The notes under the pieces were generated by a model that was given only the letters and a program-made list of their open reading frames with translations, did not search any database and was not told the origin of the DNA. Made by a program: the position numbers and the translations under genes. DNA of 64,000 nucleotides from an uncultured Chroococcidiopsis sp. (GTDB lineage Bacteria > Cyanobacteriota > Cyanobacteriia > Cyanobacteriales > Chroococcidiopsidaceae): assembly GCA_964248365.1 (NCBI GenBank), contig CAXTYC010000017.1, forward strand, positions 1-64,000, written 5' to 3'. Of the stretch, positions 1 through 10,705 are shown one piece after another. Numbering within the stretch: position 1 is the stretch's first letter; each line of letters begins with the position of its first letter.

Positions 1-126
1 CAGTCCTGTTTACAGGACTTTCGCTATTGGAACACAAATTGATTTGTGGGCGAGTTATTGGGTAGGTGTAAGATTTAAGCAGGTGCAAATATTGCGGGGA
101 ATTGCTTATCAAATGAAAAATTAGTC

Positions 127-519
127 TTAGTAATTATAACATACAGCTTTATAAATTATTTCTCCTTTAGTGCCAGGGATTATTGTTTGTGGCGGTGATT
201 GTTTTTCGGTAAAATTCCCATCAACAATTACTTTTCTTGCAACATTGTATGCAATTACTCGATGAGTACGGTAGATTCGATTTTGACAATTAACAGATAG
301 GTAACCTGTCTGGCTTTTCATGGAACCCCTTTGAGGCACTGTAAAAATACTTTGTTGCCAGTAGAAAATTGTGTCGCCACGTCTTTCAATCGTACTATCG
401 TCAATAAAGTACTGTCTTTCGCTTGAATTGGTGAGATTCACCCAGTCAGCACGAGCAACACCAGGAATTAGAGTGAGTGCAGATGAAATGAAAGCAGCAG
501 GCAAAAACTTATGGTTCAT
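127..519 (-). CDS. Small secreted protein, surface-adhesin E-like
   Basis: Signal peptide ending ARA-DW, then W-x-N...YFIDDSTI and a C...C pair typical of this family. Confidence 0.55.
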   Translation of the reverse strand: MNHKFLPAAFISSALTLIPGVARADWVNLTNSSERQYFIDDSTIERRGDTIFYWQQSIFTVPQRGSMKSQTGYLSVNCQNRIYRTHRVIAYNVARKVIVDGNFTEKQSPPQTIIPGTKGEIIYKAVCYNY

Positions 520-726
520 AGTAAGCTTGGGTTAGAGTTCGGTTTTTTGGAGAAATACGATCGCGCTTTTGTAGAGAACGCGATCAGATTGTCAGTTTGA
601 TTGTCGGCTGAGATTTCCAGCAACGTCGTGCGAGGGATTACTGGGAAGTACTCGAATTTGCAGAATCATCAATACCTATCTTTGATAAGACCGATCCTTT
701 TTAAACCTTTTTAGAAGTAACCAAAA

Positions 727-2262
727 ATGAGCATTTCAACCGAATTACCCACACTACCCGCACTGCCAGAACTTATCGACGCAATGCCAAATATTTCAGG
801 TTGGGAAGCCCAAGTTAGTGCAGTTACCTTGCAAAATAATTTGGTATTTTTACCTCACACTAATATTCGGTTGGAGGACGTGACAGCAGGCTTTGCGATC
901 GCACTCCATATGCATCAGCCGACAATCCCAGCAGGACATCACGGCGAACTAATCGGCAACCTGCAATATATGTTCGAGCATCCCCACGAAGGTGACAATC
1001 ATAATGCAGAACCTTTCGCATATTGCTACAGCCGAATGGCTGATTTCATTCCCGAATTGGTGAGTCAAGGCTGTAATCCTCGCATCATGTTGGATTACTC
1101 CGGTAATCTCTTGTGGGGACTGCGACAAATGGGACGGGGAGACATTCTCGAAAATCTCAAGCGCATTACCTGCGACCCTACTTACCAACCTTATGTAGAG
1201 TGGCTTGGTACTATGTGGGGTCATGCTGTTGTTCCCTCTACTCCAATTCCAGATATCAAACTGCATATTCAAGCATGGCAACATCACTTTGCTGCTACCT
1301 TTGGGTGGGATGCTTTGGCGCGGGTGAAAGGGTTTTCTTTGCCAGAGATGCATTTACCCAATCATCCAGATACGCTATACGAATTTGTCAAAGCTTTGCT
1401 CCAGTGTGGATATCGTTGGCTAATGGTGCAGGAGCATTCCGTCGAAACATTGAATGGTCAACCGTTGCAATATAAACATCTTCCCCATCGTTTGATTGCT
1501 CGTAATTCTTCGGGGGAAGAGCTAAGCATTACAGTTTTAATTAAAACTCAAGGCTCAGATACCAAATTAGTCGGTCAAATGCAGCCTTACTATGAAGCTA
1601 AAACCCTATCGAGGCAAAATCTCGGTCAAGTTTCTGTCCCGCCTTTGGTAACTCAGATTGGCGATGGGGAAAACGGCGGGGTAATGATGAATGAGTTTCC
1701 CAGCGCATTTAAACAAGCTTGGCACGAGATGGATGCGAATGGTGGTGGTAAGTCGGGAGTTGTCGGATTAACAGGGACAGAATATTTAGAACTAATCCAG
1801 GCTGCTGGTTGTCAACCGAGTGACTATCCAACTTGTCAAGCAGCGGGTCAACATCAGATTTGGCAGCTTGTTGCACCAGATAATTGTAAACCGGAGACAG
1901 TTGCAAATGCGATCGCATCCTTGCAGCAAACAAATCCAAATTTTCACATGGATGGAGCCTCTTGGACTAATCATATTAGTTGGGTAAAAGGTTACGAAAA
2001 TGTCTTAAATCCCATGAATCAATTGAGCGCTTTATTCCATCAAAAAATAGATCCGTTACTTCCAACACAATCAGAATTATCCGCTGAGGGTAACAATTCA
2101 TTAGTACATTCTGTCACCAAGCAAACTCAATATCGCATAGCGCTGATGTACAACTTATTGCTGCAAACAAGTTGCTTTCGCTACTGGGGACAAGGAGTGT
2201 GGACGGACTATGCAGAGCAAATTTATCAGCGAGGCGAACATATACTTCATACTAATTTTTAA
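727..2262 (+). CDS. Glycoside hydrolase family 57-like protein
   Basis: HMHQP N-terminal motif, GFSLPE motif, GDGENGG motif. Confidence 0.8.
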   Translation: MSISTELPTLPALPELIDAMPNISGWEAQVSAVTLQNNLVFLPHTNIRLEDVTAGFAIALHMHQPTIPAGHHGELIGNLQYMFEHPHEGDNHNAEPFAYCYSRMADFIPELVSQGCNPRIMLDYSGNLLWGLRQMGRGDILENLKRITCDPTYQPYVEWLGTMWGHAVVPSTPIPDIKLHIQAWQHHFAATFGWDALARVKGFSLPEMHLPNHPDTLYEFVKALLQCGYRWLMVQEHSVETLNGQPLQYKHLPHRLIARNSSGEELSITVLIKTQGSDTKLVGQMQPYYEAKTLSRQNLGQVSVPPLVTQIGDGENGGVMMNEFPSAFKQAWHEMDANGGGKSGVVGLTGTEYLELIQAAGCQPSDYPTCQAAGQHQIWQLVAPDNCKPETVANAIASLQQTNPNFHMDGASWTNHISWVKGYENVLNPMNQLSALFHQKIDPLLPTQSELSAEGNNSLVHSVTKQTQYRIALMYNLLLQTSCFRYWGQGVWTDYAEQIYQRGEHILHTNF

Positions 2263-2344
2263 TTAGCTATTAGCTGTTAGCTATTAGCGGTTAGTTCTTC
2301 CTCTTTGGATCTAGGTTTTGGGATCTTTAATTCACATATTGCAC

Positions 2345-2473
2345 CAGTTTCAATCACCGTCCCTTACTTGAGTTTTGGGCGAATAGCTCAAGTCCATTTC
2401 AATGGACTGCAACCGTATGTTAGTCTTCTTAAGAAGACTTTGGCTATTAGCCTGTTAATTAATTAACAGGCGG
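2345..2473. repeat. Multi-hairpin dispersed repeat of about 130 bp (copy A)
   Basis: Aligns as the reverse complement of 28393-28520; stems cctgttaattaattaacagg, agtcttcttaagaagact, agtccatttcaatggact. Confidence 0.8.
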
Positions 2474-2562
2474 ACTATGGGAATTGTGCAAGATCTAAGT
2501 TAACACGAGGGCGCGTCAATCATTTGCTAATCGCTAAAAGCTAAAAGCTAATAGCTTATTGT

Positions 2563-4836
2563 TCATTGACAATTATTAATTCTTAATTGTTCATTGATAG
2601 TTGATAATTGATAATTGACAAGGATTACCTGACCTTTATCACCGATTACCCAACCTTGGGCTTCTACTAAAGGTGTGGGAGCAGGACTAAGAGAATTGTT
2701 GATACTAGTAGCAATAGGACGATTTTTTTGACTTGAAACCGACCTACCCAAATCTGCTAAAGGTGATTCACTAGCAAAAGCTTCCCTGGGAGTAGGAGGT
2801 AAGCCACCACGTCCAGTCACTACAAACTTGCTAGGTGCTGCTCCTATCGAGCCAGGACAACCTGATGCAACCAGCCCTGAGACATCTACTACCTCTGCTG
2901 GTAAGCTAGCTAAAGCGCTATTAAATTCTAAATCTGGCGTATTGATTTCTACTACGCCGTTAAACTGGGTTCCCCGTTCAGAAGTAGCGGTAATTTGGCT
3001 ATTGGGAGAAGGAGAAATAAACAACCCTTGAGCGTTAATTCGGACATTTCCGCCCTTACCAGCAACAGCATCCGCTTTTAAAGTGCTATTTTCTGTTGCT
3101 GCAAGCAAATTCGTGTCTATTGTCAGATTACCACCATCGCCGCCAGATTTGGCAGTAATTTCACTGTTGCCTTGTAGTAGCAGTAAGTCTTGCACTTGTA
3201 GCTGAATATTTCCGCCACTACCTACACCACCCGCAGCGGTGACAGAACTACCCTTGTCTAGTTTAATCGAGCCAGCTGTAAGCTGAAGGTTGCCTGCTTG
3301 CCCTGAATTACTACTAGCAACAGAAACTCTTGCCTTATTCTGAATAGTCAAATCATTTGTTTCAATCTTTAAATTACCAGCTTTGCCGACATTTTTGGTT
3401 GCAGCTGACAAGAAGCTGCTGTTGCTGATTTGCACATTGGCAGCTTTGATATCTAAATTACCTGACATTCCTTTGCTTGTGGTAGCAGCTACTACTACAG
3501 CTCCATTCTGAACGAATAATCGATTTGTTTCTATATTTAGATTCCCGCCTGCACCTGTTGCTTGTAACTCGGTTGTAGTAAATAAGCCGCTGGGAATTTG
3601 ACCGTTGGCTGAGATACCGCTCACTTGTGTTAAATCTCTGGCTTTCACCGTCAAATTTCCCCCCTGTCCGTCGCCACGAGTAGAAGTTGCTATTATTCCC
3701 CCATCGCGGACGGTTAACCTACCTGTTTCTATGTTTAAATTCCCCCCAGCACCTGTTGCTTGTGGAGCTACTCTAGCAATCAAGCCGCTGAAGTACATAC
3801 CATTATTTGAGGTTCCTGTCAACTCTAAAGATTCGGATGCATTGACATTCAATGTACCTCCTGGTTCTGATCCCAAGGTACTCGCTTCAATCTGGGAACC
3901 ATCTGCGATCGCTACTCGTCTACCCCAAACTTCAATATTACCACCACCAGATCCACTAGCATCTACGGCTGCTTGCTGGGATAGATTTATGTCCTTGAAA
4001 GCTGACACACCTTGATAACCAAGAGCATAGCCTTTGTCTACCTGAGCCAAGTTGACAAAACTGGAATCTCCTACACTACCTAATTCAATTCTTCCTCCTG
4101 ATGCTTTGAGCGTTCCACCCTCCAGCACCACATCACCACCTACCAAAGCTAAAGTTTGATTAGGCTTTACACGCAAACCAGTTGAGGTTTGATTGGGTGG
4201 AACAGATGAACCAACAGTAGAAGCTTTACCATAAAGAGCGCCGATATCAATATAATCAGTAGTTGTCCTTAAACCTTGCCCATCTCCCTGTACACGAATA
4301 CTCTGTGCAGTTTGCCCAAACTGCAAGCCAATAGGAACACTTACAGTTAGCACAGGTGTGGCTTGAGGAGTAGTTGCACTAAACTGTTTGCCATCAGCAA
4401 AGTTTAGGCTACTTGCCGTACTCGCTACAAATGAACCACCGATGTTGAGTGTTGCGTGAGAACCAAAAATAATGCCATTGGGATTGAGCAAAAATAAATT
4501 CGCCGTGCCATTAGCCCCGATTGCGCCATCAATATTAGAAACAGAGCTACCTGTTACACGGCTAATAATGTTCTGAATGTCTGGGGCGTTGTTGAAGTAG
4601 GCTGTGCCTCCAGTGGGTAGAGAAAACACATCAAAACTGTGAAATAGGTTGCCTCCTGCTTGGGTTCCTCCGGTAATAATATTAGTATCGCCTTGGGTTG
4701 TGATCTTGGAATTTTCAGGCAAAGTTGCATCTGGAACTATTTGAGCTAATATTGGGCTGGCTGTGGCTAGACAGCAAAGAATAATCCCGCTAGCACTCCA
4801 GATTTGAATGATCCTTGTTCCTAAAGGCTTTATCAT
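2563..4836 (-). CDS. Filamentous haemagglutinin N-terminal (TPS) domain protein, TpsA-like
   Basis: Signal peptide, NLFHSF, NIISRVTG, NLFLLNPNGIIFG, repeated GGNL beta-helix units, C-terminal TGRGGLP and EAQGW. Confidence 0.9.
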   Translation of the reverse strand: MIKPLGTRIIQIWSASGIILCCLATASPILAQIVPDATLPENSKITTQGDTNIITGGTQAGGNLFHSFDVFSLPTGGTAYFNNAPDIQNIISRVTGSSVSNIDGAIGANGTANLFLLNPNGIIFGSHATLNIGGSFVASTASSLNFADGKQFSATTPQATPVLTVSVPIGLQFGQTAQSIRVQGDGQGLRTTTDYIDIGALYGKASTVGSSVPPNQTSTGLRVKPNQTLALVGGDVVLEGGTLKASGGRIELGSVGDSSFVNLAQVDKGYALGYQGVSAFKDINLSQQAAVDASGSGGGNIEVWGRRVAIADGSQIEASTLGSEPGGTLNVNASESLELTGTSNNGMYFSGLIARVAPQATGAGGNLNIETGRLTVRDGGIIATSTRGDGQGGNLTVKARDLTQVSGISANGQIPSGLFTTTELQATGAGGNLNIETNRLFVQNGAVVVAATTSKGMSGNLDIKAANVQISNSSFLSAATKNVGKAGNLKIETNDLTIQNKARVSVASSNSGQAGNLQLTAGSIKLDKGSSVTAAGGVGSGGNIQLQVQDLLLLQGNSEITAKSGGDGGNLTIDTNLLAATENSTLKADAVAGKGGNVRINAQGLFISPSPNSQITATSERGTQFNGVVEINTPDLEFNSALASLPAEVVDVSGLVASGCPGSIGAAPSKFVVTGRGGLPPTPREAFASESPLADLGRSVSSQKNRPIATSINNSLSPAPTPLVEAQGWVIGDKGQVILVNYQLSTINEQLRINNCQ

Positions 4837-5040
4837 ACACTTGCCATGCCAACTACTTATTTATGTTAGATAACAAGTAACAACACTCTGAAAATTCACA
4901 TCGCCCCATTCTGGATGCATCTTCCAGGCTAGTAGGGTGGGCGAAGTGTGGTATTACCACATTGGGTCGGGATTGCCCACCCTCAATAATTTGGTGGGCA
5001 TGGGTGGCAAATTTAGCCTGGGAACGAAAGAGATAATTTA

Positions 5041-6588
5041 TCACTTACCTTGAGTCATAGTGACTTTAAAAGGCTTGTCAGTTGGCGGGATGTTGCGGTG
5101 AAGGATTTCAGATAAATTGTCAGTTGTATTAATGATTTTCCAACCAACAGGTGAAAAAGTTTCTGCTTTGAAAACATTTTCAGCCAATAAAGGATTTGTT
5201 AATGCTTGGGAAAAAGCATCTATACCCACCAATCTGCCAATTAGGGGACTTAGAGCAGAATTTTCACGCGGGTCTTCTGCAAATAGTCCCACATAGAATT
5301 CTATATTATCTACATGACCATACAAACGCTTAAGCTCTTTTTGAACTTCCTCATTTTCCGTTATTTGGTCGAAATCTGTAACTTTGGGAAACTGACACAT
5401 TTCGCGGTATTCGTTATAGCTGCGTAACTTTGCATCCCTACCCAATTGAATACTTTTTTTCTCAGTTTCTATTAAAAAAGGAGGCGTGTTAAATAGACCA
5501 ATTTCCCCAGCAGCTTGCAAAGAAGCATCTTCAAATAAGCGTCCCAGTCCTTGATCGATGACTATATCATTGTTCCATAATGTTTGTGACATCGGGACTT
5601 CTTGACCTTCTATACAAGCTATATCAGGGATGAGACTATGCCAGCGATACAATAAATTAAATTCTATGCTCATCCAATTCTGACGATACCACTTTTCATT
5701 GGTAAAAGGTGTTGGATCAGCAGAAAATTTGAAATGATAGGGTGCAATGTGGTTGATATACTCTTGAATGACGATTTTGAGCAGTAAGACGATGACAATA
5801 TTTCTAGCAGTTTGAAATAGTCGCTCATCATCCCAATCTTTATATTCCTGTGCCAAAAGATTGCAGATGCGGTTGTGTTCCCGCAGGAAAAGGGTGTTCA
5901 TCATTACATAACCGATTTGCACATTACTCGTTTCCTTGCCCATAGCAAATAACTTGTCTTTTTTGGCTGGTTCGACATTATTAGCTTTATCGGTGATAGG
6001 CAAATTTTTGAATTCGTCTTTCACTACTCCGTTTTGATAGTAGAAAAGGGGATATTCTTCACCATTGATAAATTGACTTTTTAATTTACCACCCTTGTGG
6101 GAACGTAAAATATCAGTAAATTCTTTTTTCAACCCGTACAAGGGACTTACATCAATCTCATGGTTGGAAGTATTCTTTAAGTTATTTTTTAGGTCGGTAC
6201 GCAAGAAACCGTCGGTAAACCATTGGGCGAAATAGGGGAATAGCAAAGTGGATTTAGAAGATAACTTTGCCTTACCTCTTCTGAAAAATAACTTCGATAC
6301 TTCATCAACTGAAGGTAGTTCTGAATACTCTTCAACGGGTGGTAAATGCCGTCCGCTATAAGTTTTATCTATCAAAGAATCCCATGAGGTGTAATTTGCC
6401 ATCGTACTCAGAGGGTACGGACGAGTTTTAGTTTTATATATCGCACTGTTAATGAGAAATTTGTTCATTTGCTGCTTTAGGTAGCTGTTGCTTTGAACAA
6501 AATCCCAAAACCACTTAAAATTAGTCAAAGCAAAAGTTTCTAACTTATTTTTCAATCCGTCGTTAACTGTGTTTCTTCCTCTTTTCAT
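5041..6588 (-). CDS. Animal-haem-peroxidase superfamily protein, cyclooxygenase-like fatty-acid dioxygenase
   Basis: FAQWFTDGF, FLREHNRIC, WDDERLFQTARNI, EFNLLYRWH (catalytic Tyr and proximal His positions as in COX), EFYVGLFAE. Confidence 0.9.
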   Translation of the reverse strand: MKRGRNTVNDGLKNKLETFALTNFKWFWDFVQSNSYLKQQMNKFLINSAIYKTKTRPYPLSTMANYTSWDSLIDKTYSGRHLPPVEEYSELPSVDEVSKLFFRRGKAKLSSKSTLLFPYFAQWFTDGFLRTDLKNNLKNTSNHEIDVSPLYGLKKEFTDILRSHKGGKLKSQFINGEEYPLFYYQNGVVKDEFKNLPITDKANNVEPAKKDKLFAMGKETSNVQIGYVMMNTLFLREHNRICNLLAQEYKDWDDERLFQTARNIVIVLLLKIVIQEYINHIAPYHFKFSADPTPFTNEKWYRQNWMSIEFNLLYRWHSLIPDIACIEGQEVPMSQTLWNNDIVIDQGLGRLFEDASLQAAGEIGLFNTPPFLIETEKKSIQLGRDAKLRSYNEYREMCQFPKVTDFDQITENEEVQKELKRLYGHVDNIEFYVGLFAEDPRENSALSPLIGRLVGIDAFSQALTNPLLAENVFKAETFSPVGWKIINTTDNLSEILHRNIPPTDKPFKVTMTQGK

Positions 6589-6802
6589 GGCTAATTCACC
6601 CTTGATTACAGCAGATTATTTTTTCTTTTGTAACTAGACACAAATAAAATACAAATACTTGTCGCAGATCCCCCCTTGCCCCCTGAAGTTCGGGGGGAAT
6701 TAAAGTGGTCATAAGTATGCCACCCATGCCCACCATTATCAGAAGGAGTGGGCATGGGTGGCATACTATCTACTGTTCACAAATGTTTTAGGATTGCTAT
6801 AG

Positions 6803-8074
6803 CTAATAGCTTTTTTGGTCGTAAGCAATTACAAAACGTTCTGGAAAAGGACTACCTTGAAAATCAATTTTTCCTGATTCACCTGGAATCAATCTAATGT
6901 TAGGTCTTAGTAGTATTCGTTTGATTACTTCAGGAATTTCTACCATGCCAATATATTTACCAAGGCAAGTGTGATGACCATAGCCAAAGTGCATATAATG
7001 ATACTTTGGTCTTTCAAGTGAAAATGTTTCTGGTTCTGTTAGTTCACTTGCATCAAACATGGCTGAAGCTGTGCAAGCAAATACTATAGTGTTTGCTTTA
7101 ATTTGTTTTGCTCTAGAAGTGCCAGATGCTAAGGTGTAATCTTGTTCACAATATCGAAATACTAAGGGATTAATTGGATTAAAACGTAAGGCTTCCCAAA
7201 CGTATTTATCAAAGCTTTCATTATCATTAGCCTTAGCTGCTTCCAAAGCTGGTTGAAAAGTTGTTGGATTAAGCAAAATTTGCTCAAGTGCCTGTACAAT
7301 TGCCTGAGATGCTGTTTCAACACTACCAACCAGCAGCCCAGCCATATTAGTAATAATTCTTTGTTCGTCAAAGGGTATATCTTTGGGGAATTGGGTTATA
7401 ATTAACCTGGTAAAAGTATCTTCTAATCTTGTGCGATCGCATTCCTGAGCAATCTTTTCTTTTTTCTGTTTTAATAATTGCGACAGATATGCCCTCATTT
7501 CCTCCCCAGCTTTCACTGACTCCTCATGCACCTGGGTATCATTTTGTAAGTTCTTAAACATATCTGACTGAGTAGCCCTTGACCACCTATACATAGATTC
7601 CATGTCGGGACCTGGAAAGCCGAAGTAGTCGCCGCATATCCGTACTGGGACATATCTTCCCAATTGACTGACTACCTCAATCTTGCCGCTACTAGCCCAT
7701 TTATCCAAGGATTCATCGGCAATTTTTCCACACATTTCCCGCACTGCTGGCAATTCTTCCCGTTGTAGCATCGTTTGCATAATCGACTTTTCTCGCCAGT
7801 TAACTTCAGTATTATCTCTGGCAAGCATGAAAGAACCACCGACAACTGGGTCCATTTTGGGAGCATAAAGCCTAACTGAAAAAACTTCTTCCCTGGATAA
7901 TACTTCTTGTACGTCTTTAAAAAGAGTTACGAATGTGAATTTTGGTGTTTCAAAAATTGGTCGATTTTCTCTCAATTCTTTGAAGAAAGGTCGCCAGTCT
8001 GTACGAATCCAGCGGGTAACAAGTTGGACTTTTTGATCGATAGAAGCGTTGTCGTATTGTTCTAGGTATGACAT
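6803..8074 (-). CDS. Cytochrome P450
   Basis: I-helix GLLVGSVET, ExxR (WEALRF), haem motif FGYGHHTCLG; ATG at 8074 preferred over the upstream start at 8113. Confidence 0.92.
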   Translation of the reverse strand: MSYLEQYDNASIDQKVQLVTRWIRTDWRPFFKELRENRPIFETPKFTFVTLFKDVQEVLSREEVFSVRLYAPKMDPVVGGSFMLARDNTEVNWREKSIMQTMLQREELPAVREMCGKIADESLDKWASSGKIEVVSQLGRYVPVRICGDYFGFPGPDMESMYRWSRATQSDMFKNLQNDTQVHEESVKAGEEMRAYLSQLLKQKKEKIAQECDRTRLEDTFTRLIITQFPKDIPFDEQRIITNMAGLLVGSVETASQAIVQALEQILLNPTTFQPALEAAKANDNESFDKYVWEALRFNPINPLVFRYCEQDYTLASGTSRAKQIKANTIVFACTASAMFDASELTEPETFSLERPKYHYMHFGYGHHTCLGKYIGMVEIPEVIKRILLRPNIRLIPGESGKIDFQGSPFPERFVIAYDQKSY

Positions 8075-8521
8075 AGAGTTCCTGATGTTTGATTGATTTT
8101 CTAGTTGACACACTAAAGTAATCTTGAGCAGCTATATCAACCAAAATTCGATAATTTTGCTCCTAAGATATACTTAATAAAGTAATTACTATCGTAGAAA
8201 AAAAATGCTATGTAATGCTTACCTGTAGGCGCAAAATCAATTGCCAATTTTGGCAAGTAAGTTACCTCACCCAAGTAGTACAATTACCCTAGCCGTCAAT
8301 CACAATTATCAATTAGTAATTGCTAATTGCTTTAATTGATTCTTCTAAGGGAAATGCAACAATTACGGACAATTTTACAAAAGTTTACCTAAATCTATAA
8401 CAGATTATTCGTAAAAGGACTTATAGAAGAGATAGTTAATTGAAACGAACCGCCTCTTACTTTACAGGCGTTAGCGTAGCGTTAGGACACCAAAGCGGAA
8501 ACTATCATTTGTACCTGCATC

Positions 8522-8638
8522 AGCCAAGAAATAAATTTCTTGGCTAATAGCTTAAGTAAGTTAAAACTTACTAAAATAGGCGTTTGAGTCCATTTCAATG
8601 GATTCAAGCTTTGGAGTGCAGAACACCTGTTCTGGACG
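8522..8638. repeat. Diverged copy of the multi-hairpin repeat family
   Basis: gccaagaaataaatttcttggc-taatagc-stem-gtccatttcaatgga, the same architecture as 28393-28520. Confidence 0.6.
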
Positions 8639-8800
8639 TGGGCGAGTATGCAATTATGTGGGATCGGGTGAGTAAAAGGATGATAAGCTTATGTGTAACG
8701 GTAGTTTTAACTAAATTGGAATAATTTTATATATGGATTTGGCAAGCGATCGCACTGGTAATTAAGCCTTATATGAAGCTCAAACAGCAGTGAATAAGTA

Positions 8801-9322
8801 TTAATTGCTACACTCACCAGATAAAATTGGGCTAAGTTTAAGTGTCATTTCAATATTGCCTCGCTCGTAATTTGGATCTCGTCCTAGACGTGTTACCTCA
8901 AATCCATATTTCTTATACAAATTTATCGCTGTTTCTAATTTAGTATTTGAGACAATAATAATTTTATTTGCTCCTTTTTGACGTGCATAATCAAGGCAAG
9001 TCTCTAGCAGTAATTTACCAAATCCTTTACCTCTAGAGCTTTTTACAACTGCCATCTTGGCAATTTCGTAGATACCAGAACCGTGATTGATTGCAGCACA
9101 CGTTCCCTTTACTTCTTGCTGTTCGACTATAAAAAAGATTTCTCCACCTTTTTTAATAATGTTTTCCACAGGATTATACAAATATTTCCTATCCATTTCC
9201 TCGACAGTAAAATATTCTTCTATCCATTCTAAATTTAAGCTAGCAAAGTCTTTCTTATAGTTATCGTTATAAGTCGTGATTTTGATATTTTCATTAAGCT
9301 GATATTTATTTGATGCATTCAT
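8801..9322 (-). CDS. GNAT family N-acetyltransferase
   Basis: EIAKMAV, RGKGFG acetyl-CoA motif, AINLYKKYGF. Confidence 0.88.
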   Translation of the reverse strand: MNASNKYQLNENIKITTYNDNYKKDFASLNLEWIEEYFTVEEMDRKYLYNPVENIIKKGGEIFFIVEQQEVKGTCAAINHGSGIYEIAKMAVVKSSRGKGFGKLLLETCLDYARQKGANKIIIVSNTKLETAINLYKKYGFEVTRLGRDPNYERGNIEMTLKLSPILSGECSN

Positions 9323-9627
9323 ATCTTAAAAAGCTGCTTATAGTTGTATACGTGGCAGGCAAGAGGCAAGGCACACAAAATATCTCTCCCTTACCTCTTC
9401 CTCTGCGCCCTGGAGTGGCGAGGCGGTTCGTTTCATTATAAAAGTTAGATTAATTAGCTATTTTTGCTGACTCAATCAAAAAATTTCTGTTTTGCTGTTG
9501 TTTTTTAGGATTTCATGGTATGATTTACTTCATAATGGAAATCTGTGCAAAAATCAAATTGTGAGTAATATTCCCATTATCAAGTAAGACAATAATACCA
9601 CGCTCGCTAAACTGAGGGAACTACTTT

Positions 9628-10463
9628 TTAAAGGCGTTGGTCGTAGTCAATCTTCATGCTGGTGCGGTAGGGCTGCATATTGATGGTGTAGTCGAGCATT
9701 TTGGCAATGAAGCTGTCAGGGATGTGGCGATCGCGCGAGGCAGCACCAGCAATCACCTCACCCATCAGCTGCTCAACCAATGCCTTAGTATATTCATCAG
9801 CCATCAACTCATCTGTCGAGGCATCGAGAACTACGGACACCCATTGTAGGGGATATTCCAAACCAGTTTTTGACGGGCGTGCGTGAAGTAAGTCTTCCGC
9901 CAGTTGAATGGGAATACCAGCTTCTTCAAAATCTAGGGCAATTTGCCGCATTCGTTGGGTAATGCCGCCAGGATGATAATTAGGAGCATATTCGCAAAAG
10001 AATAATTTCCTTGTAATTTAGGTGGCGAATGTGTCCTGGCTCTAGTTTATTTGAGCAGATAAAGCATAGTCCACCGATAACACGCTTGTGACCAACAATT
10101 TGTGCAACTTGCTCTTCTATGCCTAATCCATTTTGCAAAACAAGGACAACGCTGTCATCTTTAATTACTTGGGGTAAGAGTTGAGGCAAAAGGTGATTTT
10201 GGGTTGTTTTGAGAGCGATCGCCACGTAGTCACAACGTTGCCTCTGGGCAACATTGTGATAGGCGTTAATGGGGAGAGTAAAATTACCGTCGGGCGACTC
10301 AACAACTAAACCATGTTTGCAGACATATTCATAATCGCTGCGATCGCAAAAAATGGACATTGAAACCTGCTTTTTGCAGACAAGCGCCATAGTATCCACC
10401 ACTAGCACCACATCCCAAAATGGCGTAAGTGCGATCGCTTCTAGATTCTGGGGGTGAACTCAT
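9628..10463 (-). pseudogene. panE: 2-dehydropantoate 2-reductase (ketopantoate reductase) pseudogene
   Basis: ATG at 10463 reads YAILGCGASGGYYG; frame changes near 10340 and 9990; LKTTQN, LQNGLG and YRTSMKID lie in different frames; C-terminus truncated. Confidence 0.8.
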
Positions 10464-10705
10464 CTAAAATCCTTCCTGTTATACCATTTTAGATTTTGGG
10501 TATCTTGGATTTGAAAAGACTTACTAATAAGATGTTACTCAAATAATTTTGTCGAATCAAAAACATCATAACTGCTGCTAAAACTGGATTTTCTTATTTT
10601 GACTTTTGTACTAAGGGTTTACTAAATATATTTGTTATCAAATAGAGATTTTATATAAACCCTTGCTACGTTACCATGCACCATGAAATTGAGATTGTTC
10701 TTGGA

